A stretch of 64,000 bases of DNA from an uncultured Methanosarcinaceae archaeon (GTDB taxonomy: Archaea > Halobacteriota > Methanosarcinia > Methanosarcinales > Methanosarcinaceae): positions 256,001 through 320,000 of the forward strand of contig CAWJYV010000001.1 of assembly GCA_963847185.1 (NCBI GenBank). Reading direction: 5' to 3'. A program made the translations under genes and the position numbers. Below the pieces are notes generated by a model. It did no database searches. It was given only the letters and a program-made list of their open reading frames with translations, and had not been told where the DNA came from. Below, piece by piece: positions 21,426 through 32,287 of this stretch (positions are counted from its first letter, which is position 1; every line of letters begins with the position of its first letter).

Positions 21426-21635
21426 GCAGACAGTCAGCAAAGATATTTTTCAATGATTATTTAAGGTTTTACGGTTAGGGATGTAATCAATCTTATTCCC
21501 GAATATCGTGAAAAATAAGGAATCAAGAATTATATATTGGAAAAGCATTGACAAACCTTAAAAGTTTGTGAGCTCTTGACTCTCAATTTTCGTTTGCTAC
21601 CTTTCCTTTAGAGAACTTTGAAATGTAATTGTTAT

Positions 21636-21935
21636 TTACTCGATCTTCACATCCACTAATTTATCTAAAGGCTGTAGATACGGAACTGTGACTTTAAGTA
21701 CACCATTTGAATATTTAGCAACTGCCTTTTCCGGATTTACAGGACAGCAGATTGAATAGCTGTCCACGTACGTAACTCCTTCTTTCCTAGCTCTTATATA
21801 AAAGCTAACATCAGTAATCTTAAATGAAATGTTTTCCTTTTCTACTCCTGGAAGTACGACTTCAATTTGAAGATTTTCGTATTTATCGTCAGGATATGCA
21901 CAAGTGACCGGTGATAATCTCAAAGTTTCCACCAT
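21636..21935 (-). CDS. Hsp20/alpha-crystallin family protein
   Basis: IEVVLPGVEKENI...PVNPEKAVAKYSNGVLKVTVP; ATG at 21935. Confidence 0.9.
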   Translation of the reverse strand: MVETLRLSPVTCAYPDDKYENLQIEVVLPGVEKENISFKITDVSFYIRARKEGVTYVDSYSICCPVNPEKAVAKYSNGVLKVTVPYLQPLDKLVDVKIE

Positions 21936-22203
21936 ACATTTACCCCCAAACAATGTCAGCAATTACCATATTTATATATTCGTATTCGGTTAAGCAATTT
22001 ATTAACGTAAAATGACTACTTCAGTCATTTATCTGCTTCTCTATACATCTCTGGATTTGCAGAAAAGGCAACAAAAGCAGGTCCGTGAAAGTCGACTATC
22101 CGCTATTTCATTGGCAAGTTAAATGTTTTTTGAACCAAAAAGTCTCAAAAAGTTTTTTCTGAATCAAAAAAGTCTCAAGGTTTTTTGATTTCTTCGGATG
22201 CTC

Positions 22204-22776
22204 TTAAATTGTATGGATTTTTTTCAATATCCAGGCCATATTCTGACCAAGATTTTTCATGTTTTCAATGCCTTCATGGTCATGTTCAACCTCGCCTATA
22301 GCGTTCCCGTAAACCATGTTCCAGTAACTGGAACCCACTAAAAACATCTCTTTGCTATATAAAAAATTATTTAATGTATCAAAAGCGCTGATAGCCGCCT
22401 CTCCGAGCAGCTACTACTGATGCTCCTACTTTATGTTTGAATAGTCCTCTATTTCCTGCCAGAACAATACTGGCCCGATCAATTAAGGCTTTCATTTGAG
22501 AGGTTACACCGGCTGAATATACAGGAGAACCAAGAATAATCCCGTCTGAAGCTACCATTTTCGCAAAGCACTCATTAAAAAAATCATCTGTGATGACACA
22601 TTGTTTTTGTTTTTATGGCAAGCCCAGCAGGCTTTACAACCTTCTATATTTTTCCCGGATAATTGGATAAGTTCTGTTTCAATCCCTTGTTTTGTCAATT
22701 CATCAAATACGATTTGAATCAGAATTGCAGTATTCCCGCCTTTTCGTGGGCTTCCGTTAATGCCAATAACTTTCAT
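22204..22776 (-). pseudogene. Iron-sulfur flavoprotein (Isf/flavodoxin family) pseudogene with two frameshifts
   Basis: INGSPRKGGNT...CKACWAC, then a frameshift near 22605 into QCVITDDF...GIILGSPVY...ARRG, then a second shift near 22397 into ISAFDTLNNF...GSSYWN...NLGQNMAWILKKI*. Confidence 0.85.
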
Positions 22777-22887
22777 GATTTTTCAATCACTATTTGTTGT
22801 AATTTTCAATATTACGTTTCATGAGTGTTTTTTTCACAAATGCTACGTTTCACAAAGTATTTTTTCCACAAAATGTTTTCCACACAT

Positions 22888-23577
22888 TTACCTTACGAAA
22901 CCTTCGTCTTTAAGACTTACGTACCTGCCGTCCCCGATGATAATATGGTCCAGCACGTCGATTCCAAGAAGTTTGCCTCCTTCTACCATTTTTTCGGTAA
23001 CCATTATATCCTCTCTGCTGGGACTCGGATCCCCAGAAGGATGGTTATGAACCATGATTACTGATGCCGAAGATTCCATAAGGGCTGACTTGAAAACCTC
23101 GCGCGGATGAACGATGCTTGCGTTCAAGCTGCCTATAGATACTATTTCTTCTTTCAGGATCTGGTTTTTCGTATCAAGATAAAGTGTTATAAATTTTTCT
23201 TTTTTTTGTTCACGCATCTTAGGGTACATGAGAGCATATACGTCCTTTGGGGAACATATCTTCCTTTTAGGCTCTTCTACAAAAGTCTCAAGCCGTCTGG
23301 CAAGTTCGAAAACCGCAGCTATCTGAGCAGCTTTTGCTTTCCCAACCCCATGCACCTGCATAAGTCTTGAGACATTTGCAAGACTGAGCTGTTTTATGCT
23401 GTATTCCGATAGGATTCGGCTGCACAGACTGACAACGTTTTCTTCCTTTGATCCTGTTCTCAGGACTATTCCAAGCAGTTCCGCATTTGAAAGGGATTCC
23501 GGCCCGTTTCGGATAAGCCTCTCTCTGGGACGTTCTTCTTCCGGGATGTCCTGAATCCTTACTTTATTTATTTCCAT
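22888..23577 (-). CDS. radC: RadC family JAB-domain protein
   Basis: ERPRERL...LSNAELL, GVGKAKA HhH, VHPREVF, HNHPSGDPSPSREDI, LDHIIIG. Confidence 0.95.
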   Translation of the reverse strand: MEINKVRIQDIPEEERPRERLIRNGPESLSNAELLGIVLRTGSKEENVVSLCSRILSEYSIKQLSLANVSRLMQVHGVGKAKAAQIAAVFELARRLETFVEEPKRKICSPKDVYALMYPKMREQKKEKFITLYLDTKNQILKEEIVSIGSLNASIVHPREVFKSALMESSASVIMVHNHPSGDPSPSREDIMVTEKMVEGGKLLGIDVLDHIIIGDGRYVSLKDEGFVR

Positions 23578-23823
23578 AATCTACCCCCTCTTCTCATATT
23601 CTGAATGATCCACGTTTAAATCGGGAAGACTCTTGTTAGATACTTACTCTTAATAGATATTATCAGAGTTTCAATATTTGAATCTTCACAAGAATAGTTA
23701 TTCAGTTTATTTCTTGAGGTCAATCGCAGAACCTGCTTTAAAAACAGTGATTAAAGATGCGTGAGGTGCCGGCCTTTACTTATACCGTCTTTACTTATAC
23801 CGGAAAGTACATAACGCTCTTTA

Positions 23824-24669
23824 ATGAAAGTCGTTTCAGTTGTTGGGTACAAAAAATCTGGCAAGGCCGCCCTTGTAACAGCTCTTGTCCGGAAGCTCTC
23901 CGAATTCGGGAAAGTAGGCACTGTAAAGCATATGGGAGAACAGCGCTTCAATCCCGTAGAAACGGACACAGGCAGTTATTTTGATGCAGGCGCTGACATG
24001 GTCATAGGAATAAGTGGCACCGGCACAACAGGCACGGAACTTGTCAGCTTCTCAAGAGACCTTGACCTTGAAGACGCACTTGATATGCTTTGCGACCAGG
24101 GCTTTGATTTTGCTGTGGTAGAAGGTTTCAAAAACAGCAGCCTTCCTAAAATTGTTATTGGGGATCTTCACGATGTCTCGAACGTAGTTTTCAGGATGCC
24201 GGAAGACGTTGATTTTCATGAAGAACTTACAGCTTCCCTCGTAGGAATAGCCCTTACCCAGCCTGACCACTACACCCTGGAAGCCCTCATAAAGAAAGCC
24301 CGAAAAAACCCCACAATCCGGAAATCAGGCGCGATTGGAACTTTTACAGGCATTGTCCGCGAACTTGCTGACAACGAGAAAACAAGCAAACTCGAATTTG
24401 AGAAATACGAACCAGAAGCCTCCAAAATCCTGGATAAAATCAGGGAAGACCTCAAGCAAAAAGAAGGAATCCTGGAAGTGCTCCTTCACCACAAAACAGG
24501 CGTCATCAAAGCCGGAGAAGACATAGTCTACATTGTTATTGCATCCGGGCATAGGAAAGAACTTTTCCCTGTTCTTAGCGAAGCCATAGAGCGTATAAAG
24601 GCAGAAGTCCCGATATGGAAAAAGGAATTCACAGAAAAGGAAGAATTCTGGGCCCACGACAAAGAATAA
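23824..24669 (+). CDS. moaE: MobB-MoaE fusion (molybdopterin synthase large subunit)
   Basis: N-terminal P-loop-like VVGYKKSGK...VKH, VVEGFK; C-terminal GAIGTFTGIVR...HR...IKAEVPIWKKE. Confidence 0.88.
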   Translation: MKVVSVVGYKKSGKAALVTALVRKLSEFGKVGTVKHMGEQRFNPVETDTGSYFDAGADMVIGISGTGTTGTELVSFSRDLDLEDALDMLCDQGFDFAVVEGFKNSSLPKIVIGDLHDVSNVVFRMPEDVDFHEELTASLVGIALTQPDHYTLEALIKKARKNPTIRKSGAIGTFTGIVRELADNEKTSKLEFEKYEPEASKILDKIREDLKQKEGILEVLLHHKTGVIKAGEDIVYIVIASGHRKELFPVLSEAIERIKAEVPIWKKEFTEKEEFWAHDKE

Positions 24670-24778
24670 CAAACGATAATCAAAGATTTCAAGGAACAGG
24701 ATAAGAACCAAGCCTGAAAATTGAATAAAAAATAGAGTTCTCCGTAAAAATAAATGAAAAGACTCCGGATACGGTTAA

Positions 24779-25483
24779 ATGAACGGAAAAACAAAGCCAG
24801 CCCAGCTTGAAGAAACTGAACCTGGAAAATCCGAGAAAAAGGAAATAAAGACTAGAACTGCCATCGTTCTGGCAGGAGGCAGGGGCACAAGAATGGGAAT
24901 GGTCGAAAAAGCCCTTCTCGAATTTGAAGGAAAAACTATCATTGAGCGTCTGCTGGAAAGCCTTTTTCATGCCGTGGACGAGGTTATCCTTTCAGTTCGG
25001 GACAGAACCCAGAAAGAGAAGTTTAATCCGGTGATTGAAAAATTCCCTGCCCGTGAAATCCGCTTTTGTTTTGATACTTTAAAGGATGCAGGCCCCCTCG
25101 AAGGCATTCGGGCAGGACTGCTCGAGTCCAGGTCAGAATATTCCTTTGTCTGTGCAGGGGATATGCCTTTTGTAAATTTCAGAGTTGTAGGCCTTCTGTT
25201 TGAAAAAGCAAGCGGGCACGATGCTGCTCTCCCAAAATGGGATGATAGAATGTTTGAGCCTCTGCATGCAGTCTATTCTAAGAAATTGATTCCTGGAATT
25301 GAAAAAGCCTTTGAGAAAGGAAAGCGATCTGTACTTATGTCGGTTTTAGAGATGAAGGATGTAGTGTTTGTTGAGGTTTCAGAAATTAAAGATATGGATC
25401 CTAAACTGAGGACTTTTGCGAACATCAATACGGTTGAAGATATTGAGACTATGACTTTATCCGACGGTATAAAGAAAAGGTAA
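24779..25483 (+). CDS. mobA: Molybdenum cofactor guanylyltransferase
   Basis: IVLAGGRGTRMG..KALL, GPLEGIRAGL, CAGDMPF, EPLHAVY, NINT.ED. Confidence 0.93.
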   Translation: MNGKTKPAQLEETEPGKSEKKEIKTRTAIVLAGGRGTRMGMVEKALLEFEGKTIIERLLESLFHAVDEVILSVRDRTQKEKFNPVIEKFPAREIRFCFDTLKDAGPLEGIRAGLLESRSEYSFVCAGDMPFVNFRVVGLLFEKASGHDAALPKWDDRMFEPLHAVYSKKLIPGIEKAFEKGKRSVLMSVLEMKDVVFVEVSEIKDMDPKLRTFANINTVEDIETMTLSDGIKKR

Positions 25484-25670
25484 TAAATCCTGCTAATCTC
25501 TGATGATCGATTTTATCTAAATTATAGTTATATATTTGTCTTTTTAGTTCGATCCTTTGCAGGACTTTTTCGTCCTATATTCTACGATTGTTGCACAGAA
25601 TCAAGTTTTGTCAGTCACAAAGATTAGTGCTTATATTTTACACTTTGTTCTAGTATTTTTCACGAAAATG

Positions 25671-25691
25671 CCGGTCGTCAGAGACGACCGG
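25671..25691. terminator. GC hairpin CCGGTCGTC-AGA-GACGACCGG between convergent genes
   Basis: Perfect 9-bp stem. Confidence 0.45.
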
Positions 25692-25802
25692 TGAGAGCTT
25701 GGAGTTAAGGGCCGACTATCTCCAACGATTCTGCCAGTTGAAGCAAAAAATTAACTTTTATTTCTTGTTCTCAAGCTAAAATTCACTTAATCTATCAGTT
25801 TT

Positions 25803-26333
25803 TTACTTATCAGCATCTTCTATCTCAAACTTTATATTTCTCTTCTTAAGCTCTTTTATAATCTCTTCCATAAACACACCAGGCCCCGGCGCATGGCTGT
25901 GGTGGAATTCTTTTACCTTTCCCGGCTCTCCGCCTACGCTGGTTAGTTTCACACCGCAGGAGGGGCTTTTTGGAACACCGATTATTTTTATATTTATGCC
26001 GTTGGCTGCAAGGTCTTCGAGAAGGTCTGCAAAAGGAGTAAAGAGGTTCTGGCAGAAGCGCCTGTAGGCGGGATGGTCGAGCTGATTTTTAGTGATTTCA
26101 CGGCGCCTCATTCCAAAATACATGGCTTCGGGGCAGGGGAGCTGGATTATGTTTGCGCCTTTTGTGTCAAGAGGGGAAGTAGATTTTATGCCTTTGACTC
26201 TTGCAAGGGGGTTAAGAAGGCAGTGGCCTATAACGATTACTTCATTTGTGCTACTATCACTATTGCTTGTGGCTGATTCTTCGGAATTTTGTTCAGTAGT
26301 TTGGGAACAATTGTAGTTTTCCAGCTTTTTCAT
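25803..26333 (-). CDS. DUF523/TudS-like putative Fe-S desulfidase
   Basis: HCLLN, QLPCPE, SPSCG, GVFME motifs. Confidence 0.8.
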   Translation of the reverse strand: MKKLENYNCSQTTEQNSEESATSNSDSSTNEVIVIGHCLLNPLARVKGIKSTSPLDTKGANIIQLPCPEAMYFGMRRREITKNQLDHPAYRRFCQNLFTPFADLLEDLAANGINIKIIGVPKSPSCGVKLTSVGGEPGKVKEFHHSHAPGPGVFMEEIIKELKKRNIKFEIEDADK

Positions 26334-26540
26334 CTGAGGACCTGCTATACTGCTCTTTATACTGCTATTTTATTTGTTATTCTGAGTACGAAAATAAGAG
26401 ATTATATATTTATCTTCTGCATATGTATCCGAAAATGGTATCTGTGAGCCTGCATACAAATTACACTTTTGCGGTCAGTAAGGGTTATGGCTGCAAAAGG
26501 AATGCAGGAGCACGGCTTTATAATTGGAAGGTCATGGCAC

Positions 26541-27446
26541 ATGCATGAAGATTTTAGAACAATTATTAGCAGAGGATTCAACAGCTGGACTAGAAATCTG
26601 AACATCTGTATTCCATTTATCCTTAGCTATTTTACCAGCATGATTCTTTTCTCCTTCTTGGCTGTCTTGCTGGGCGTTTTGCTTTTTTCTTCAAATGCGG
26701 CAATTATAGCTGATCCTACTGCTCTTTCAAATGAAGAAATTGTCTCTATGGTCATGAAGGGGTTTACGGAAAACCTTGGAACTTCCATACTTCTGATTAT
26801 TGTGTTTTTACTGCTTGAGATGTATGTCCGTTCTTTTTTTTCAGCAGGAGCTGTCGGAATGGCAAAAAAGGCAGTAGAGACCGGAGACACAGTCTTTACT
26901 GATATGCTGGTTTCAGGCTCCAAAAACACATACAGGTTTTTCCTCATAAATCTGTTAATGTTCCTGCTGCTACTCAGCGGAATCATATTCATAGTGCCTG
27001 GGGCCCTTAAGGTTGGGGATTTCAGCGAGTTGTTCGTAAATCCGGAAGCTCAGTTACCTGGAATGGGACTATTCATTCTTGGAACTATTTTCTGGGGCTT
27101 ATATCTAATTTTCATAGGTATGATGTTTTCTCTTGCTCCATATGCCCTGGTAATTGACGAGCTTGATCCCCTTGAAGCTCTGAAAACAAGTTTTGGTTTT
27201 TTTAAGGAAAACAAACTCGATATTTTCTTAATCTGGATAATTTACATTGGACTGAGCTTAATTAATACTTATGTCGGCGAATTACTAGGCTCCGGAATCC
27301 CTCTAGCTTCAGGCTTTAAATTTCTGGTTCCGCTTGTCATTTTACAGCCGCTTCTAGCTGTTTTCTTGACACGTCTCTATATCAGCAGGAAAGGAAAGAA
27401 ACTCTATGATCCCTCAGATCTCCTTTCTATTCCAGATGGTTTCTGA
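26541..27446 (+). CDS. Multi-pass membrane protein of unknown function
   Basis: About 6 hydrophobic segments; FF.AGAVGMAKKA, LAPYALVID...ALKTS; likely ATG 26541. Confidence 0.8.
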   Translation: MHEDFRTIISRGFNSWTRNLNICIPFILSYFTSMILFSFLAVLLGVLLFSSNAAIIADPTALSNEEIVSMVMKGFTENLGTSILLIIVFLLLEMYVRSFFSAGAVGMAKKAVETGDTVFTDMLVSGSKNTYRFFLINLLMFLLLLSGIIFIVPGALKVGDFSELFVNPEAQLPGMGLFILGTIFWGLYLIFIGMMFSLAPYALVIDELDPLEALKTSFGFFKENKLDIFLIWIIYIGLSLINTYVGELLGSGIPLASGFKFLVPLVILQPLLAVFLTRLYISRKGKKLYDPSDLLSIPDGF

Positions 27447-27578
27447 TTTGTCCTTTCTTGTATTTGCTTTCCATTTCGAATGCGTTCTGACCTTTCTTCC
27501 ATTCCGAATGGTTTCTGATCTTTCTTCCATTCAAAAAGGCCTTTAAACGTTCCTTTTTCCGTTTTCATTTCCTTCTAT

Positions 27579-28487
27579 TCATTTCCGGCCGAGCAATTTG
27601 CAGGCCTGGCATATATCTTCAGTACAGGTTTCCCCACAGATCCTGCACTTTTCTATTTTTGCAGGAGGCAGCTGTTTTGCAAGAGCGTCGGTAAGCTTGT
27701 CAAAACCCCGCAGTAGAGAATACTTTGTTCCCGGATGTTTTGCTTCAAAATTGTTTAAAATTTCCCTTACTTCTCCTCGAAGGGCTTCTCCTGCATACGG
27801 ACACTCGCTAAAGTCTACTGGAAGGGAATTTAATAGCGCATAGAGGGCTACTTCTTTTTCAGGAATGTTTCTCAGAGGTTTTGCCCGCAGTACAAGGCCT
27901 TCTACAACCGCAGGCTGGGCGAGCCTGACCATTCGCTCCATATCCCCTCTGAAATGGTTGAGAAGAATTGTCTGGGCTTCGTCATCCAGATTGTGCCCGG
28001 TAACCAGTTTAGTTGCTCCGATTTCCTGAGCTAACTTATTGAGGATATTTTTTCTAAGGACGCCACAGTAGCTGCATGCACCTTTTTCCCGCTCCATTGC
28101 TGCCAGTTCGTCCATGGTTACTCCATGTACTTCTTTGAAAGACTTTATTACATGCCTGACTCCAAGCATGCTGGTGAGACCTTTTGCAAGTTTCAGGGAC
28201 TCCAGACGGTATCCGTGTATTCCTTCATCCACCGAAATTGCCACAATTTCGATATCAGGTCTATTCCCCAGAATTTTGTGCATCATATATAATGCAACTG
28301 AACTATCCTTCCCTCCGCTCAGGGCGACTGCTATCACATCATTTTTCTGGATATTGTATTCTTTCCGAATTGTCAGCTTAATTTTTCTCTCAACATCTTC
28401 CACAAAATGCTTCTTACAGAGGTGCATTCCGGAATATTTCTGAAAAATGATAGCTTCATGATTACATTTTTTGCATTTTATTGTCAT
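27579..28487 (-). CDS. TIGR00269 / TtuA-NcsA family tRNA 2-thiolation protein
   Basis: N- and C-terminal Zn fingers, PP-loop SGGKDS, CSYCGVLR, GHNLDD, ECPY. Confidence 0.92.
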   Translation of the reverse strand: MTIKCKKCNHEAIIFQKYSGMHLCKKHFVEDVERKIKLTIRKEYNIQKNDVIAVALSGGKDSSVALYMMHKILGNRPDIEIVAISVDEGIHGYRLESLKLAKGLTSMLGVRHVIKSFKEVHGVTMDELAAMEREKGACSYCGVLRKNILNKLAQEIGATKLVTGHNLDDEAQTILLNHFRGDMERMVRLAQPAVVEGLVLRAKPLRNIPEKEVALYALLNSLPVDFSECPYAGEALRGEVREILNNFEAKHPGTKYSLLRGFDKLTDALAKQLPPAKIEKCRICGETCTEDICQACKLLGRK

Positions 28488-28599
28488 TTAAAATCCTTTT
28501 TTCTGCCAATTCCCTGGAAATATTTTTAAAAAATTGATATGAGTTTATCAACTCTAATGAATTTAATTTTGCAGCTTTCTTTCAGGAAAGTGACCTCTC

Positions 28600-29796
28600 C
28601 TATATATGGTTTCTTACTTCCTTGGCATTTCCTTTTTGCTGCGCAAGTTTATTTCCGGCCTTGCTTACAACTTCTTCACTGGGAACACCAGCTCTATTCA
28701 TTTTCCACTGGAACTTGAAAGTGGACCAATCATCGGCTATATCTCTAAACCGTTTATATTCCATATTGTATGGTGTAAGGTCAAGCTGTTCATCAATTAC
28801 CTGGTTTACATATTCTTTATTTGTCTCGAAAACAACCAGTGGCTCGATAACGTCAGCATTTAAGATATCCATTATATCTCTGCCTTCATATCTTTCAATT
28901 AGTTTAGCGCATGCCTCAAAGTGTGAAATTTCCATTTTTGCAAAATTTTCCCAGATGCTCCTTATTCTTGAATCAGTTTCAGTTTGTGCGCAGGAGAAGT
29001 AAATGTAAGCCTCACAAAGCTGCATGAGTGCCGACTTTTCAAGCATTGTTTCCCGTGGGTCCCCAAGTAGCCCGTACTGGGTCACATGCTGTTCCTCCAC
29101 ATCAGCAATCTAGGAATAAATTTGCCTTGCGAGCTCGTCAGAATACATGTTCCCGTGAGTCTTGTAGAAAAGCTCTGTCTGCTGCTCACCTGCAACAATA
29201 GTAAGATAATTCATTTTTGTTTTGATATCAGCCGTATCTTTATCATAGTGCTTGCGCATGGAGTCGTTTGGGTGACGATGCTCTACAACCGTCGGTCTTC
29301 CTGGTTTTACTTCGGTCTTACCCTGAACGATAGACTCATAGTCTCCTCCCTCCAGATAATCGTAAAGGCAGCTGTAACGATAAAGATGATCGAAATCTTC
29401 GAGCAGAGCGAAATCCAGAGTTTGCTTTACATATGGGTCGGGCTCGTTCCTGGCAAGGTTAGCAGTAAGATCAACAGCTACCTGTTCATACCCAAGTGTA
29501 GTTTCTATAATAGTCTGATTAGCAGGATTTAACCAGTCGACAGTCTGCTGCTGCATGGAATCAACGCGTCGGATTAATGCCATTTGACGCTTGATCTCGG
29601 GATCAACAGTCATTCGCTCAATGGCGTGAGACATAAGAACTGAAGCATTCTCAATCCCATTCATGAGAATCACCCTAGTTCGAGTATAGGCATCTACAGA
29701 ATTCTTGTTATACGGAGCTTTGACAATTTCTTTCCAGTTCATGAACTGTTCTTCTATTGGAATACTATCCATTTCAAAAGGTCTAAACTGTGCCAT
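28600..29796 (-). CDS. Ferritin-like/hemerythrin-like protein split by an in-frame TAG (pseudogene or amber read-through)
   Basis: ORFs 29110..29796 and 28600..29100 are in the same frame: ARQIYS-TAG-IADVEEQHVTQYG. Several ExxH motifs (EDFDH, EEQH, EISH). Confidence 0.8.
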
Positions 29797-30360
29797 TATG
29801 GTTTCCCCCAGAATTTTTTACCAGCTCGATCTTTTAATGTGGTCTGAATTTGTTGGTATGGTCAGATTTTTTAGAAATCTAATATCTGAACAGCCAATTG
29901 TCTGAACAGAATTCCACAAAGAGAGATCTTGACCTGTTGCCACAGCTTCTTCTCAGCAGAGTCTCCATAAATCTGCGATAATCCCCCTTAAACTCCTATG
30001 ATCCCCACTGTAAGGCAAGACAACTGGCATCAGCTGGTCAATTTAATCCACGTTTAATAATTTGTTTTTCGTGTTTCATTATTTTAACATAATAGTATTA
30101 TAATTTGATCTATATAATAATCATCATATATTAATTTTAGAAGGAGTAGCGGATTTTTTTCATGATGATATTAGTATTCGATATGGCTATAATAGCTGGA
30201 CCGCTATAAAATTATATTAACAGTTTTTAATAAATAAAATTTTATAATATCGATTTTCTAGTTTGAGAGCTAGAATGATAACTTATAGTACCAGCTTCGA
30301 ACTGATAGCTGGAAGGTTATAGATTTGTAAAATTTCAGGAGTTAAACTCGAAGGGATACA

Positions 30361-31455
30361 ATGGCAGATTCATCGGATATGCTGATTTTCTGGGCTGTGG
30401 TTATTGCGCGTTTCTTTGTGCCATTAGCCATTCCCAGGTACCCTCTTCCGGCAGTAATAGCTGCTATGATCCTTGATACCGTAGACCAGACAATATTTCA
30501 GCAGTTTACTTCCCTGCCTCTGGAAGGCTACCAGGGCTATGATAAGGCTCTTGATATCTATTATCTGACAATTACATACCTTTCAACCCTGCGAAACTGG
30601 TCAAACCTTTTCGCCTTTAAAGTAAGCCGCTTCCTTTTCTATTACAGAATGATTGGAGTGACCCTTTTCGAGCTAACACACCTGAGGGCACTGTTGCTGA
30701 TTTTTCCCAATACCTTTGAGTATTTCTTTGACTTCTACGAGGCCGTCCGCCTGAAATGGAATCCTCTGGTGCTTACAAAAAAGAAAATAATTACAGCTGT
30801 AGCTCTTATATGGATTTTTATCAAACTTCCGCAGGAATACTGGATACATATTGCAAAACTGGATACTACTGACTGGATAAGAGCCAATCCCGCAAATGCC
30901 CTTATTCTGATTGGCTATGCTGTATTCCTGCTCGGCATGGCATGGTGGCTGCTTCGGGACATGCCTCCCATGAAATCCGGCTTCTCAATTGCAGCCGACC
31001 CTCTATCGGCTGCTCCAATAGCTTTTTCCGGACAAGAAAGTGAAATACATTTTCCGATGATTAGTTCAGCAGAACGCTTCTTCAATAACGCCCTTGTCGA
31101 AAAGATAGTGCTTGTATCCCTCCTGAGCATAATTTTTGCCCAGGTACTTCCTGAAGTTAAATCAAGCAACCTCCAGTTAGCAATAGGCATGGCTATTATC
31201 ATAATAATAAATACCGCATTGAGCCACTGGCTTGCAAGACGCGGGAATGAATGGAAATCTATAATTCAGGAGTTCATAGTGATGTCCCTGGCAAACCTGG
31301 GCATAGTTCTTGCATTCGACTTCCTGCTGCCCAGATATAACGGCTCAATAAATCTTTTCAATACACTATTTTTTGTCCTTCTCCTGACCCTGAACGTAAC
31401 CCTCTATGATAGATACCGCGTGTTGCACACAAGAAACAATGATAGAAACAGTTGA
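30361..31455 (+). CDS. Hypothetical multi-pass membrane protein
   Basis: Many TM segments; YQGYDKALDIYYL, FPNTFEYFF, IKLPQEYWIH. Confidence 0.85.
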   Translation: MADSSDMLIFWAVVIARFFVPLAIPRYPLPAVIAAMILDTVDQTIFQQFTSLPLEGYQGYDKALDIYYLTITYLSTLRNWSNLFAFKVSRFLFYYRMIGVTLFELTHLRALLLIFPNTFEYFFDFYEAVRLKWNPLVLTKKKIITAVALIWIFIKLPQEYWIHIAKLDTTDWIRANPANALILIGYAVFLLGMAWWLLRDMPPMKSGFSIAADPLSAAPIAFSGQESEIHFPMISSAERFFNNALVEKIVLVSLLSIIFAQVLPEVKSSNLQLAIGMAIIIIINTALSHWLARRGNEWKSIIQEFIVMSLANLGIVLAFDFLLPRYNGSINLFNTLFFVLLLTLNVTLYDRYRVLHTRNNDRNS

Positions 31456-31533
31456 TTTTCCAGGGTAAGAGGTGAAAGGATAAGGACTCTAGAAAAAGAA
31501 AGAATAAGACCCTAAAAAAGAGAGAATTTATAA

Positions 31534-32082
31534 TTATGTTCTTTCCTTCAGCTCATAATAAATATCCAGTAATTTGAGCGTGTTATCCGAGACCCGAACC
31601 TCCATGTTCTTGCCAGGTCTGAAAAATGCAAAATGGTGAATCTCGCTTCTCGGTTCTGGCTTCCCTTTTGCCTCAATTTTAAAAACCTTGGACGCATGAA
31701 ATTTGAAAAGATACTTTACATTGTATGCCAGAAGCCCTGTCTCTTCTCTTAGCTCCCGAATTGCGGCTTCAATGCTTGCTTCACCTTTTTTCGGTTTTCC
31801 ACCCGGAAGCCGGTAGTAAGATCCGGAACTGCTCACAAGCAGGACTCCTTCATCGGTTTCAACTATTACCGAGCCTCTTCGATTGTCGTACGCGCTGGAA
31901 ATACCTTTACCCCCTTGAGAAGATTGTGTTTTACGGTTTACTGCCTGTTGATCAGCAGTAGCCTGAAAATTAAAAAGCCAAATGGAAAATAATGTTACGT
32001 TCCAGAACTTATTGCCATTAGGGGTATATGAAATATAATAGTTAATTAATTTAAAAATGTCTGCTGCCCGATTTATTTTCAA
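31534..32082 (-). CDS. NUDIX hydrolase (true start uncertain)
   Basis: Nudix box LPGGKPKKGEASIEAAIRELREETGL. Confidence 0.85.
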   Translation of the reverse strand: MKINRAADIFKLINYYISYTPNGNKFWNVTLFSIWLFNFQATADQQAVNRKTQSSQGGKGISSAYDNRRGSVIVETDEGVLLVSSSGSYYRLPGGKPKKGEASIEAAIRELREETGLLAYNVKYLFKFHASKVFKIEAKGKPEPRSEIHHFAFFRPGKNMEVRVSDNTLKLLDIYYELKERT

Positions 32083-32287
32083 CTTTTATATATTTTGAGA
32101 TCCGGTAAATTTTTCGCTCATTGATTTTTCTATTTATTTGAAGTAGGGTTTTCTTCTGAATATATTTCAGATTGTACTTATGCTTCTTTAATATCTTACC
32201 GAAAGACTCAATATATAATAAAGCAGGCTAGATAATTTATTTAAACATAGAAAAAATATTAAATATGATGTAGACGTTAGTTATTTT

